NCBI GenBank assembly: GCA_963740085.1
Contig: CAVUCU010000001.1
Coordinates: 1,472,001 to 1,536,000 of the forward strand
DNA length: 64,000 bases
Direction of reading: 5' to 3'
From: Nitrospirota bacterium
Lineage (GTDB): Bacteria > Nitrospirota > UBA9217
The notes beneath the pieces are model-generated. The model was not told the origin of the DNA. It worked only from the letters and a program-made list of their open reading frames with translations, and ran no database searches. Position numbers and translations under genes: made by a program. Positions 19,808 to 29,076 of the stretch are shown here, in pieces; within the stretch, counting starts at the first letter, position 1; the number at the start of each line of letters is the position of its first letter.

Positions 19808-20119
19808 TTACGTATTCAGTTTCATCCCGAGCTTCTGTTCCACCGACCCAAGCTTCTTCTCGATCCTCGCGTCACTCCCTTTGCGATCGTCAATCTTGAT
19901 GGTGGTCACGGCGCGCTCCGCATCCCTCATTACCTCATCGTGGCACTTTTTGACAACGCCCATGACCTCATCCCATGAGCCTTCGAGTACCGTGCCCATC
20001 GGATTTGCCTTGTAGCGCACGCCACTCTTCAAAACGATCTGGAGAACTCGCGCGACCACGGCGCTGAGGCTGGTTCCCGTCCCGACCGGTACCACGCTGA
20101 ATTCAACCATAACGCTCAT
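19808..20119 (-). CDS. MTH1187 family thiamine-binding protein
   Basis: EFSVVP.G...S....VA, PMGT.LEG and IKIDDR motifs. Confidence 0.9.
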   Translation of the reverse strand: MSVMVEFSVVPVGTGTSLSAVVARVLQIVLKSGVRYKANPMGTVLEGSWDEVMGVVKKCHDEVMRDAERAVTTIKIDDRKGSDARIEKKLGSVEQKLGMKLNT

Positions 20120-20460
20120 ATTGAGCCTCCTGAGAAATAGTATTGTAACGATTGCGAATCACAGCCTGCCCTGATTTAAGTATAGCCGCGATTACCAATG
20201 ATGTAAACCCCGTTTCAGAACAAGTTCTTCAGTGAAAACCGGTAGTACCGAACGTGTCGATCCCTGACCCGAAGTGGCCGGCTCCGTGGTGAGATTGTCG
20301 TTTTGAATTTTCCTACCATCTTGAGGAACAGGTTTATTGAATTTAGCAGGGAGCTTTTCCGTTGAAAACGGCGAGGGCCTATGCAATAATCGCAAAGAAG
20401 GATTTTGCCGGACAGGGGACGAGATGCCGTCTTGGCGAACCGGGAGCTGCGGAATACGTT

Positions 20461-21228
20461 ATGAGAACTCTTCTCAAGGGACTGGGGATAATTCCCCTTC
20501 TTACGCTTTATGTTCTGGTATCGGGGATCATCCACCTGCTCCCGGCTAAGAGAAATATAAAGCGTGTTGTTACCATACGGACCACCTCTGCCTTTGCGCG
20601 CATCGCTCGCATTCTGCTCGGGGTCCGCGTCCACGTGAAACATCCCGACCTCCTTCACGCAGCCGGAAAAGGACGCCTCATTGTCTCGAACCATCTTTCC
20701 TATGTCGATGTCCTGGTCATCGCGTCGCTCGTACCCTCGGTCTTCATCACGTCGGTCGAGCTGAGGAACACTGCGCTGCTCGGCACACTGGCGCGGCTCG
20801 GCGGAAGTATCTTTGTAGAGCGCAGAAAACCGTCGGGGCTGAAGCGCGAGATCGAAGACATTGCCATGGCACTCAGCCAGGGTCTTCCCGTGGTGCTCTT
20901 CCCCGAGGGGACAACGTCGAATGGCGACCACGTACAGCCGTTTAAAATTTCCTTGTTTGACTCAACCCTCATAGCGCAAACCGACATTTTGCCCGTCTGC
21001 ATTCGCTACACAGGGGTAAACGAAGAGCGCCTGACCACGCGTAACCGCGACAAGGTTTTTTATTATGGCGGCGTCGCTTTTGGGAAACATCTTCTCCGGT
21101 TCCTGTCTCTCACATCCGTCGATATAGAGGTCGTTCCCCTCAAGGCTATCGACGTTCAGCCGGGCAAATCTCGGAAAGACCTGGCCGCGGAAACACACGA
21201 GGCCATCAGCGCGGCATATCACGGGTAA
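20461..21228 (+). CDS. lysophospholipid (1-acyl-sn-glycerol-3-phosphate) acyltransferase
   Basis: NHLSYVD and FPEGTTSNG motifs. Confidence 0.9.
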   Translation: MRTLLKGLGIIPLLTLYVLVSGIIHLLPAKRNIKRVVTIRTTSAFARIARILLGVRVHVKHPDLLHAAGKGRLIVSNHLSYVDVLVIASLVPSVFITSVELRNTALLGTLARLGGSIFVERRKPSGLKREIEDIAMALSQGLPVVLFPEGTTSNGDHVQPFKISLFDSTLIAQTDILPVCIRYTGVNEERLTTRNRDKVFYYGGVAFGKHLLRFLSLTSVDIEVVPLKAIDVQPGKSRKDLAAETHEAISAAYHG

Positions 21229-21447
21229 GTGGCTTCAGAGGGACCACTGCGATGCGGCCGGATTATTCATTACCGGGTCTGCCGCGTGTTCCAGGCCTGA
21301 CAGTTGCGCCGGGACACGTGCATGTTTCATGTTATGCTATTGGTGGGTCAGATGAGACGGGAAGGTTTTGAGTGCATTCTGCAAGGGAGCTGATCCTGTC
21401 CCCGCATTACAAAGAAGGATGATCCACGTGTGTTATGCGATGCTTCT

Positions 21448-21981
21448 TCATTGCTCGGTCTTCTTATCACCGGCGGGCGGCGGGTTGTTCTCCTGGTCCG
21501 GCGGTTTCACTTCCATTGCGATCCCTGGAGCTGGAGCAGCGGCCTGAAGTTTCACCTGATGCCGCGATTTTATTTCTTTCTTGCTTTTCTCCGCGGGAAT
21601 GGCAGGTTCGGCGGAAACCTCTGCCGGCAAGGGAACCGCCGGTTGTTCTTTTACCACCCGTATGATTTTCGGGTCATCGATAAAAGGGGAGTATTTCGGC
21701 ATGGTAAATTGGACCTCGTCTTTTTCCTTGATCAGGAGATCGACCTCGCCAATCTTCTGTTTGAAGGTTGCCAGCAGCGCGCCTTCCGGCGTGCTCACGG
21801 TCAGGAGAAGGGCATCCCCCTTTTTCTCTTTTACCACAACGGTCCCCTTGATCACGGTTTCTTTTCCCGCGAGTTCTTCGGGGAGGTAGGGCAGCACGTA
21901 CGGGGGCAGGTAGATCGTGCACAGGATGCCCAGCGCTAATCCGAAGATGAACGATGGAGTTCGAGACTGTTTATTTTGCAT
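21448..21981 (-). CDS. membrane-anchored hypothetical protein
   Basis: N-terminal TM segment, beta-rich domain, Pro-rich tail; AAGGAG RBS. Confidence 0.65.
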   Translation of the reverse strand: MQNKQSRTPSFIFGLALGILCTIYLPPYVLPYLPEELAGKETVIKGTVVVKEKKGDALLLTVSTPEGALLATFKQKIGEVDLLIKEKDEVQFTMPKYSPFIDDPKIIRVVKEQPAVPLPAEVSAEPAIPAEKSKKEIKSRHQVKLQAAAPAPGIAMEVKPPDQENNPPPAGDKKTEQ

Positions 21982-22126
21982 GAAATGGTCTCCTTGAGGT
22001 ACTCCCGGTCGGATGATTTAGGTTCTTGAAACTGGCCAATTTCTATTGAAGACAGGCTGTTCCCCGGTCAATTTTACTACTGGACCATGACGAATTGAAG
22101 GCTTTCATCGTCCTCCCCGCAAGTGA

Positions 22127-22156
22127 AAAGCCCGCTCCGGCTGCGGGCAGGCTTTC
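22127..22156 (-). terminator. rho-independent terminator after the bactofilin gene
   Basis: AAAAGCC.....GGCTTT GC-rich hairpin. Confidence 0.5.
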
Positions 22157-22208
22157 GTTCGGGAAGAGATAAGTCTCGGGGCATCACAGTGCGTTTAGGC
22201 TTATGCTC

Positions 22209-22811
22209 TTAAGACGAGAAAAACCCTTTCTTCGGCTTTGGCTCCCCGGACGAGAAGAAGCCTTTCTTCGGTTTCGGCTCCTCTTTCCTCATCGACCCTG
22301 GCATCCGTTCGCCTTCTGAGCGAGTGACCTTGCCTTCCATTTTCGCCCCCTTTTGAATGCAGAGCGTCTCCTTGTACAAAATCTCCCCCTTGCCTCGCGC
22401 GGCTGCCCCGAGCTCCACCTCGTTGCTCTCAAGGCTGCCGGTGAACTCGCCGTTGATGTGGATCCTGTCTTTTGCCTGGATCTTGCCGCCGAGAAACTTG
22501 CCGGTTACCTTCACGTACCCTCCGGCGCTGATGTTCCCTCCGCTCATTTCGCCTTCGATCTCGACGCTGCCGCCCTTGGCATCGATGTTCCCCTTGTATG
22601 TGCCTTTGATGAAGATGCTTGCATTGTTCTCGGCAGTGATATTCCCCTCGAGGTCGCCGTTCATCTGCAGGTCCTGGCTGATGACCATGTTGCCGGTAAC
22701 CTTGCTTCCTTTGAATATCGTGTTAGTTCCGTGCTCATCGGTTATAACTGCACTCACCACGGCATTCTTCTCCGCTACCTTGACCTCGATCATCTCTTCC
22801 TGTTTTATCAT
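22209..22811 (-). CDS. bactofilin (polymer-forming cytoskeletal protein) with an extended, tandem beta-helix
   Basis: TIFKGSKVTGN...GDLEGNI.. and INGEFTGSLE..VELG..G.GEI.Y..L.IQKGAKMEG repeats. Confidence 0.85.
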   Translation of the reverse strand: MIKQEEMIEVKVAEKNAVVSAVITDEHGTNTIFKGSKVTGNMVISQDLQMNGDLEGNITAENNASIFIKGTYKGNIDAKGGSVEIEGEMSGGNISAGGYVKVTGKFLGGKIQAKDRIHINGEFTGSLESNEVELGAAARGKGEILYKETLCIQKGAKMEGKVTRSEGERMPGSMRKEEPKPKKGFFSSGEPKPKKGFFSS

Positions 22812-22922
22812 GTGTTATCCTCCGATATCCACTCTTCCGCTATCATATCATGCAAGACGTCATCGTCAACGAATTCTGCCTGGTCTTTGCGGACAATCTT
22901 ATCGGATTGAGAGATAATAATA

Positions 22923-22938
22923 TGTGATCACTATCACC
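22923..22938. promoter_or_regulatory. CRP/FNR-family-like site
   Basis: TGTGA-TCACTA-TCACC, a 9/10 match to TGTGA-N6-TCACA, upstream of the bactofilin gene. Confidence 0.35.
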
Positions 22939-23165
22939 TTGTGGATCTTCTAAAGTTCCGGGCTGCCGGCGATCTCCCGCGTCGAAAACAATCGAGGGAA
23001 GGACCCAGAAAATGGCCAGGAGCCGCCTCTTTCTTCGGAGCCATCTTGGGAACGTTGCGTCCGATGTTGATTGATCGTTCCCGTCGCTCTTGTACCGCAA
23101 TGCAAGTTAGGCACAATGTCCCTACGCTTTTCATGGCGGAATGAAGGCCAAATAATAAGAATTCC

Positions 23166-23194
23166 TTGACATTTTATCACCTGATTGTTATGTT
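23166..23194 (+). promoter_or_regulatory. sigma70 promoter of prfC
   Basis: TTGACA-N17-TATGTT. Confidence 0.65.
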
Positions 23195-23227
23195 ACAGGG
23201 CTCGTTCAGGGAACAAGAAGATAATTC

Positions 23228-24835
23228 ATGGATTATTCAGACGAAATAAACAAGCGGCGGACCTTCGCCATCATCAGCCACCCTGACGCGGGAAAGACCA
23301 CGCTGACGGAGAAGTTTCTGCTTTTCGGCGGGGCGATCCAGGTGGCCGGCGCGGTCAAGTCGAACAAGATCAGGAAGAGCACGTCCTCGGACTTCATGGA
23401 CATCGAGCGCCAGCGCGGCATCTCGGTGGCAACGTCGGTCATGGGCTTCGACTATAACGGACTCAAGATCAATCTGCTCGACACGCCCGGTCATAAGGAT
23501 TTTGCCGAGGACACTTATCGCACACTGACCGCGGTGGACAGCGTTATCCTCATCATTGACTGCGTCAAGGGCGTGGAGGAACAGACCCTCCGGCTTATGG
23601 AAGTCTGCCGCATGCGCAAAACGCCCGTCATCATCTTCGTGAACAAGCTCGACCGCGAGGGCAAGCATCCCTTCGAGCTTCTGGACGAGCTCGAAACAAA
23701 GCTGAACATAAAGGTCCAGCCGCTCTCATGGCCCATCAGCATGGGAACCTCCTTCAAGGGCGTTTACAATCTCTACAACAACAGCCTCTATCTCTTCCGG
23801 CCCGGCGGCGTCAAGGTCGCGGAGGACATACTCGAGATCCAGGGCATCGGCGACCCCGTCCTTGACCAGCAGCTCGGCGACTATGCGGTAAAACTCCGTG
23901 AGGACGTTGAGTTGATCGAGGGCACGCACAATCCCTTTGACGTAAATGCGTACCTGCGCGGCGACCTTGCACCGGTCTTCTTCGGCAGCGCCATCAACAA
24001 CTTCGGCGTGAAGGAACTGCTCGACACCTTCACCGAGATCGCGCCCACACCCGGCAGCAGGCCCACCGACCAGCGGGTCGTCAACGCCGATGAGAAGGAC
24101 TTCACGGGCTTCGTGTTCAAGATCCACGCGAACCTGGACCCCAGGCATCGCGACCGCATCGCCTTTATCCGCGTCTGCTCGGGCAAGTTCGAGCGGAACA
24201 AGATGTTCCTTCATGTGCGCCTGGGCAAACAGATCCGGTTTACCAGCCCGGCGAGTTTCCTGGGGGCGCGGAAGAGCATCGTGGACGAGGCCTTTCCCGG
24301 CGATGTGATCGGACTGTATGATACCGGCAATTTCAAGATCGGTGACACGCTCACGGAAGGCGAGAAGCTCATGTTCCAGGGCATCCCTACCTTCTCGCCC
24401 GAGGTGTTCAAGGAACTCGTGAACCTCGACCCGTCGAAATCGAAACAGCTGGCAAAGGGCATCGAGCAGCTTACCGACGAGGGCGTGGCCCAGCTCTTCA
24501 CCCAGCAGCAGGGCAACCGCAGGATCGTCGGTACGGTGGGTCAGCTACAGTTCGATGTGCTGCAGTACCGGCTGGAGCACGAGTACAACGCGACCTGCAG
24601 GTTCGATCCGATGAAGATCTTCAAGGCGTGCTGGATCACTGCGAGCGACGAAAAGGAAATGGACAAGTTCTGCAGATTCAAATCGGACCGCATCGCCACG
24701 GACAAGGACGGCAATATCGTGTTCCTCGCGGAATCGGATTGGGTGTTGCGAAATATGATCGAGGCCTACCCCGATATCAAATTCCATTTTACTTCTGAGT
24801 TCAAGCGGGAAATGCAGAAGACCAGCGCAACGTAA
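23228..24835 (+). CDS. prfC: peptide chain release factor 3
   Basis: [28 protein letters not shown] and NKLD motifs; 535 aa. Confidence 0.98.
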   Translation: MDYSDEINKRRTFAIISHPDAGKTTLTEKFLLFGGAIQVAGAVKSNKIRKSTSSDFMDIERQRGISVATSVMGFDYNGLKINLLDTPGHKDFAEDTYRTLTAVDSVILIIDCVKGVEEQTLRLMEVCRMRKTPVIIFVNKLDREGKHPFELLDELETKLNIKVQPLSWPISMGTSFKGVYNLYNNSLYLFRPGGVKVAEDILEIQGIGDPVLDQQLGDYAVKLREDVELIEGTHNPFDVNAYLRGDLAPVFFGSAINNFGVKELLDTFTEIAPTPGSRPTDQRVVNADEKDFTGFVFKIHANLDPRHRDRIAFIRVCSGKFERNKMFLHVRLGKQIRFTSPASFLGARKSIVDEAFPGDVIGLYDTGNFKIGDTLTEGEKLMFQGIPTFSPEVFKELVNLDPSKSKQLAKGIEQLTDEGVAQLFTQQQGNRRIVGTVGQLQFDVLQYRLEHEYNATCRFDPMKIFKACWITASDEKEMDKFCRFKSDRIATDKDGNIVFLAESDWVLRNMIEAYPDIKFHFTSEFKREMQKTSAT

Positions 24836-25345
24836 TTACCATCATTTAAATCAATCCTACACCGCAGAGCGCGCAGAGAACTTCTTGAAGTAGAACTTCG
24901 GTGCCTCCGCGTCCTCGTCCCGCCTCTCCGCCTTTTAATTATCAGCTCCGTTTGTTTTTTCTTCTTCTAACCGCAAAGTTCACAAAGTTTATTACTATCT
25001 AAAAGACTGGGTCTTCCGGGTTTTGTGTGGGTCGCTTTTATCCGTCCTTAAATCAGCCCATGAGGAGGGAATCGTTTTTTTTGCACATCCCCTTCGTGTC
25101 CTGAACGACATTTTTGGCACCCGTCTAAGGCCGCGTCCGCTCGCCCGCGCAAACTCGGCCTGCGCCCTCAGACACCGTGCTCTTGCGATAACGCTGGTGC
25201 AGGCAGTGCAACGCGTTCGCCCTGCGGGATGCTTCCTTAGACATAATGGCTGACAGTTACAAAAATAGTGACCTGCCCCTTGCAACGTGGGTTATACTTG
25301 AGAACCAGGTTCTCAAATACAGAGCCACAACCAAGGAGGCAGGTC

Positions 25346-26455
25346 GTGAAACATTCTATCATTTTTGTCGGACTCGATGTACACAAAGATTCTATTGATA
25401 TCGCTCTCGCAGATGACGGCAGAGACGGTGAAGTCAGATCCTACGGCGCTATTGGGGGAGATCTGACTTCACTGGATAAAGCGATCCGCAAATTTCGCCG
25501 TTCTGGTGTTGAACTTCGCTTCGTGTATGAAGCCGGCCCCTGCGGTTATGAAATCTACCGGCATTTAACCGCGCAGGGGTTCCATTGCGATGTTATCGCT
25601 CCCTCGATGACGCCAATACGGAGCGGAGACCGGATCAAAACCGACCGGCGCGATGCCGTTACTCTGGCCCGGCTGTATCGTGCAGGTGAACTGACCCCGG
25701 TTTATGTCCCCCGAGAGGACGATGAGGCCATGCGAGACCTCGGCCGGGGCCGGGAAGACGCAGTAAATGCCAGCCGGAAAGCCCGACAACGGTTAAGCGC
25801 CTTTGTCCTTCGGCATGGTTTCCGGTTTGTGAGCAGAAAAGCATGGAGCGTCGCTCACCTGCGGTGGCTTGCGGATATCAAGATGTCGCATCCGGCACAA
25901 CAGATCACGCTCCAGGAGTACATCCACAGCGTCGAAGAGTGCTCAGAACGGGTAGACCGGTTGACCGAACAGATATTGAAACTGCTTCCATCATGGCGAA
26001 TGGCCCCGGTGGTGACTGCTCTTCAAGGTCTTCGCGGCGTAGCTACTGTGGTTGCCGTTACCATGGTGGTTGAAATAGGCGACCTGAGGCGGTTTGAGAA
26101 CCCCCGGCAGCTCATGGCATATCTGGGCCTTGTGCCGTCCGAGAATTCCAGTGGCCAGACCACAAAACGCGGCGGCATTACCAAAACGGGTAATGGACAT
26201 GCCAGACGAGCTCTGATTGAAGCGGCACAGGCATACAGCTTTCAGGCCAGAGTCAGCAGGGAACTCCGGAAACGTCAAGAGGGCCTGACGCGTGAGATCA
26301 AGGAAATCTCCTGGAAAGCTCAAGTACGGCTCTGCGGCCGGTTCCGGAAGCTTACTGCCAGAGGAAAGAACCGAAACCGAACTGTAACGGCAATTGCACG
26401 GGAGCTTTCCGGCTTTATGTGGGCCATTGCTAAGGCAGTACCCATGCCGGCGTAG
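25346..26455 (+). CDS. IS110-family DEDD recombinase/transposase
   Basis: VGLDVHK, YEAG, KTDRRDA (DEDD) and YLGLVPSENSSG (catalytic Ser region); GTG start after AAGGAGG. Confidence 0.96.
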   Translation: MKHSIIFVGLDVHKDSIDIALADDGRDGEVRSYGAIGGDLTSLDKAIRKFRRSGVELRFVYEAGPCGYEIYRHLTAQGFHCDVIAPSMTPIRSGDRIKTDRRDAVTLARLYRAGELTPVYVPREDDEAMRDLGRGREDAVNASRKARQRLSAFVLRHGFRFVSRKAWSVAHLRWLADIKMSHPAQQITLQEYIHSVEECSERVDRLTEQILKLLPSWRMAPVVTALQGLRGVATVVAVTMVVEIGDLRRFENPRQLMAYLGLVPSENSSGQTTKRGGITKTGNGHARRALIEAAQAYSFQARVSRELRKRQEGLTREIKEISWKAQVRLCGRFRKLTARGKNRNRTVTAIARELSGFMWAIAKAVPMPA

Positions 26456-26720
26456 GGCCAGGACCAAAAGCTTTCAAAGAACAAGACCGCAATTAAGGAG
26501 AACAGCCAAGAACAAAAAAACAACTATCCAGGGTATCACCAGAGATGCGACCACGATCTGGAGAACTCTCGTTTGGCCTAGGGAATAAGGCTCTTGCCGA
26601 ACTTCCGTTCTTAGAGCGAGACAGCTCCGCGATGAAGACAAGTCATGCGGTCAAACCCGCGAATATCAGAGTGATCAATCGTCGCCGTACAGGTCCCATC
26701 TCTGATTATGTCCTGGACCA
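26456..26720 (+). ncRNA. putative bridge/seek RNA of the IS1111 element (boundaries approximate)
   Basis: Stem-loops with internal loops carrying TGGCCTA and TTCTTAG (match the target flanks) and ATATCAGA (matches the donor junction); ATTATGTC lies just downstream. Confidence 0.7.
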
Positions 26721-26886
26721 AAAACTAACAGCATTCGCTTTATATAACGAGGCATTTGAATCTATTTTCTTATTGACAACTGTCAGCCATATCAGGCCAG
26801 GACGGGTGCCAAAAATATCGTAAGGGCCGCTCCGGGGACGTGCGGGGTTGGGGTAAATCTTTTTGATTCTGACTTTCCCCGGCGCC

Positions 26887-27069
26887 GGGCAGCTCTGACC
26901 GAAAGACGCGCATAGCAATGCTGCACAGACCGTAGTTGCGAGAACACGACAAGGCAGACACGGCCGAACCCTTTTTAAAGGGTGAGGGTGGAGTGCTGCC
27001 AGACCTGCATATCAGTGCGGAGATACTGTATATATCCGGCATGCTGCGCGGCCGAGCGATGAGCTGCCC
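26887..27069. repeat. long imperfect hairpin module, copy 1
   Basis: GGGCAGCTC..GAGCTGCCC closing stem; homologous inverted copy at 29200-29429. Confidence 0.8.
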
Positions 27070-27240
27070 AAAAAAACAATGCACACGTTGGACAAGTGCC
27101 AACTAGATATCCTTAATTAAGTGATCCACATAAAAGTCAGAAGAACCAAAAGACTTTTTCTCTGCGTCCTCTGCGGTAAAATAGCCTTCTCGTTTATCCT
27201 AAAACTATTTACATTTTATAGTCGTCGTCTCGATAAAACA

Positions 27241-27270
27241 AAAAAAGCCCCCCGCCCAAAGACGGGGAGC
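27241..27270 (-). terminator. rho-independent terminator of trpB2
   Basis: AGC.CCCCG/CGGGG.GCT hairpin followed by a poly-T tract on the minus strand. Confidence 0.65.
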
Positions 27271-27292
27271 TCAAGAAAGGTTAGAGCTGACG

Positions 27293-28645
27293 TTAGATCT
27301 TGGGAAGCTTTGCGAGGGCCTCTTTGATCTTCGCCGCCGGATACTCATAGTCCTTAAGCTTGCCGTCATGATAATCCGCATATGCCTGGAGATCGAGGTA
27401 CCCGTGGCCGCTCAGGTTGAAGAGGATCGTCCTTTGTTTGCCTTCCTGCTTTGCCTGGAGCGCTTCATCGATAGCACCGCGGATCGCGTGTGCGCTTTCG
27501 GGGGCGGGAATGATCCCTTCGGTGCTGGCAAACTGCACCGCGGCTTCGAACACCGGTATTTGGTTGTACGCCTTGGCCTCGATCAGCTTGTCATGATAGA
27601 GTTGAGATATGATCGGTGAGTCGCCGTGGTAGCGCAGCCCTCCTGCATGAATGCCCGGGGGCATGAAGTCATGGCCGAGGGTATACATCGTCATCAGGGG
27701 AGTCAGTCCGGCAACATCGCCGAAGTCGTACCGAAACTCGCCCTTGGTGAGCGTGGGACAGGACGCGGGCTCGATGGCTACGATGCGAACCTTCTTGCCC
27801 TCGATCTTGTCATGTACGAATGGAAAGCTGATGCCGGACAGATTGCTTCCGCCGCCACAGCAGCCGATCACGACATCGGGGTAGTCTCCGGCGATCTCCA
27901 TCTGTTTCTTGGCCTCGAGCCCGATCACGGTCTGGTGCAGGCATACGTGGTTCAGCACCGAGCCGAGGGCATAGTTGGTATCATCATGCGTGGCAGCATC
28001 TTCCACGGCCTCGGATATGGCAAGGCCGAGGCTGCCCGGGTTGTTCGGGTCAAGTTCAAGGGCCTTCCTTCCCGAATTCGTGACCGTCGAGGGACTCGCG
28101 TGAACCGTGGCACCCCATGTTTCCATCATCATCCTGCGGTAGGGTTTCTGGCCATAGCTCACCTTCACCATGTAGACCGTGACATCGAGCCCGAAAAGCT
28201 TGCCCGCGAGGGCCATGGATGAACCCCACTGGCCGGCACCGGTCTCGGTGGAGATGCGCTTGATACCCGCCTTTTTATTATAATAAGCCTGGGGGATGGC
28301 GGTATTCGGCTTGTGGCTGCCCGCAGGGCTCACGCCTTCATATTTATAGTAGATCTTTGCCGGAGTGCCGAGCGCCTTTTCGAGCCGGTGCGCGCGAAAG
28401 AGCGGCGAGGGCCTCCAGAGAGAATAGATGTCCATAACTTCTTCCGGGATGTCGATCCACCGCTCCTGGCTCACCTCCTGCAAAATCAGATCCATCGGAA
28501 ATATCGGGGTGAGATCCTGCGGTCCTATCGGCTGATGCGTGCCCGGATGGAGCGGCGGCTTGGGCTTGTTCGGCATGTCCGCCATGATGTTGTACCACTT
28601 GGTGGGGATCTCTTTGTCGGAAAGAAGAATCTTGGTCTGTCTCAT
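27293..28645 (-). CDS. trpB2: TrpB2-type tryptophan synthase beta chain (stand-alone)
   Basis: [25 protein letters not shown] and [10 protein letters not shown] motifs; no adjacent trpA. Confidence 0.93.
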   Translation of the reverse strand: MRQTKILLSDKEIPTKWYNIMADMPNKPKPPLHPGTHQPIGPQDLTPIFPMDLILQEVSQERWIDIPEEVMDIYSLWRPSPLFRAHRLEKALGTPAKIYYKYEGVSPAGSHKPNTAIPQAYYNKKAGIKRISTETGAGQWGSSMALAGKLFGLDVTVYMVKVSYGQKPYRRMMMETWGATVHASPSTVTNSGRKALELDPNNPGSLGLAISEAVEDAATHDDTNYALGSVLNHVCLHQTVIGLEAKKQMEIAGDYPDVVIGCCGGGSNLSGISFPFVHDKIEGKKVRIVAIEPASCPTLTKGEFRYDFGDVAGLTPLMTMYTLGHDFMPPGIHAGGLRYHGDSPIISQLYHDKLIEAKAYNQIPVFEAAVQFASTEGIIPAPESAHAIRGAIDEALQAKQEGKQRTILFNLSGHGYLDLQAYADYHDGKLKDYEYPAAKIKEALAKLPKI

Positions 28646-28774
28646 ACATCCTCCTCGATAATCAATTATAGTCTTGCTGCACATCCGGCACGTTCGTAAT
28701 AGTATACTATTCTGTGGACTTTCTCAACGATATTTTCTTCAGATACGCTGGTGAGAATCGCCTGCAAAACCACA

Positions 28775-29050
28775 CTACATTCCTATGGAGAACATGCTGT
28801 CCAGATCGTGGCGGGAGTGAACGCGGAAGGCGATGAGCGTCTCTGACTTGATGATACCGTCGACCTTGAGCATGTGGCCTGTCACCAGCTCGGCCATCTG
28901 ATCGTTGTCTCGCGCTCGAATGACAACCGCGAGATCGTATCTGCCGGCGACCGAATAGACCTCGGAAACGCCGTTCATCTCCGCAAGCATCTCCGCTACG
29001 GCATTCACCTTGCTCCTCTCAACATTCAACAGGACCAGTGCAGTGACCAT
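28775..29050 (-). CDS. Lrp/AsnC ligand-binding-domain protein (no HTH)
   Basis: GVSEVYSVAGRYDL motif, 91 aa. Confidence 0.88.
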   Translation of the reverse strand: MVTALVLLNVERSKVNAVAEMLAEMNGVSEVYSVAGRYDLAVVIRARDNDQMAELVTGHMLKVDGIIKSETLIAFRVHSRHDLDSMFSIGM

Positions 29051-29076
29051 GTTTCAGCCTCCCCGCTAATTTATTT

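Larger units (their letters stand above)
25241..26795 (+). mobile_element. IS110-family insertion sequence, IS1111 group
   Basis: 13-bp subterminal inverted repeats ATGGCTGACAGTT (25246-25258) and AACTGTCAGCCAT (26778-26790). AG core at both junctions (25239-40, 26794-95) and a long downstream non-coding region. Confidence 0.9.
25009..27147. mobile_element. non-autonomous MITE-like element A (ISL3-like ends), 584 bp plus the inserted IS1111
   Basis: Imperfect terminal inverted repeats GGGTCTTCCGGGTTTTGTGTGGGTCGCTT and AAGTGATCCACATAAAAGTCAGAAGAACC, flanked by the 8-bp direct repeat AAAAGACT (25001-25008, 27148-27155). Confidence 0.75.

Noticed and set aside
20190-20460. Possible remnant of a GNAT/OlsB-like gene before the acyltransferase
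   Set aside because: Only a few suggestive residues across broken frames; cannot be supported without a homology search.
22940-23160. Riboswitch or ncRNA in the bactofilin-prfC spacer
   Set aside because: No recognisable aptamer consensus on either strand.
26456-26464. GGCCAGGAC right after the transposase stop repeats the right flank (26795-26803)
   Set aside because: Only 9 nt, and it is also explained as a stem pairing with GTCCTGG (26710-16). This is not enough to call a target duplication.
25238-26803. Alternative IS boundaries with a GAC core (CCTTA-GAC..CCAG-GAC), which would restore a more symmetric host hairpin
   Set aside because: It gives a 24-nt promoter spacer and loses the guide matches TGGCCTA and ATATCAGA. 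The AG core fits both, although circles should be sequenced to confirm.
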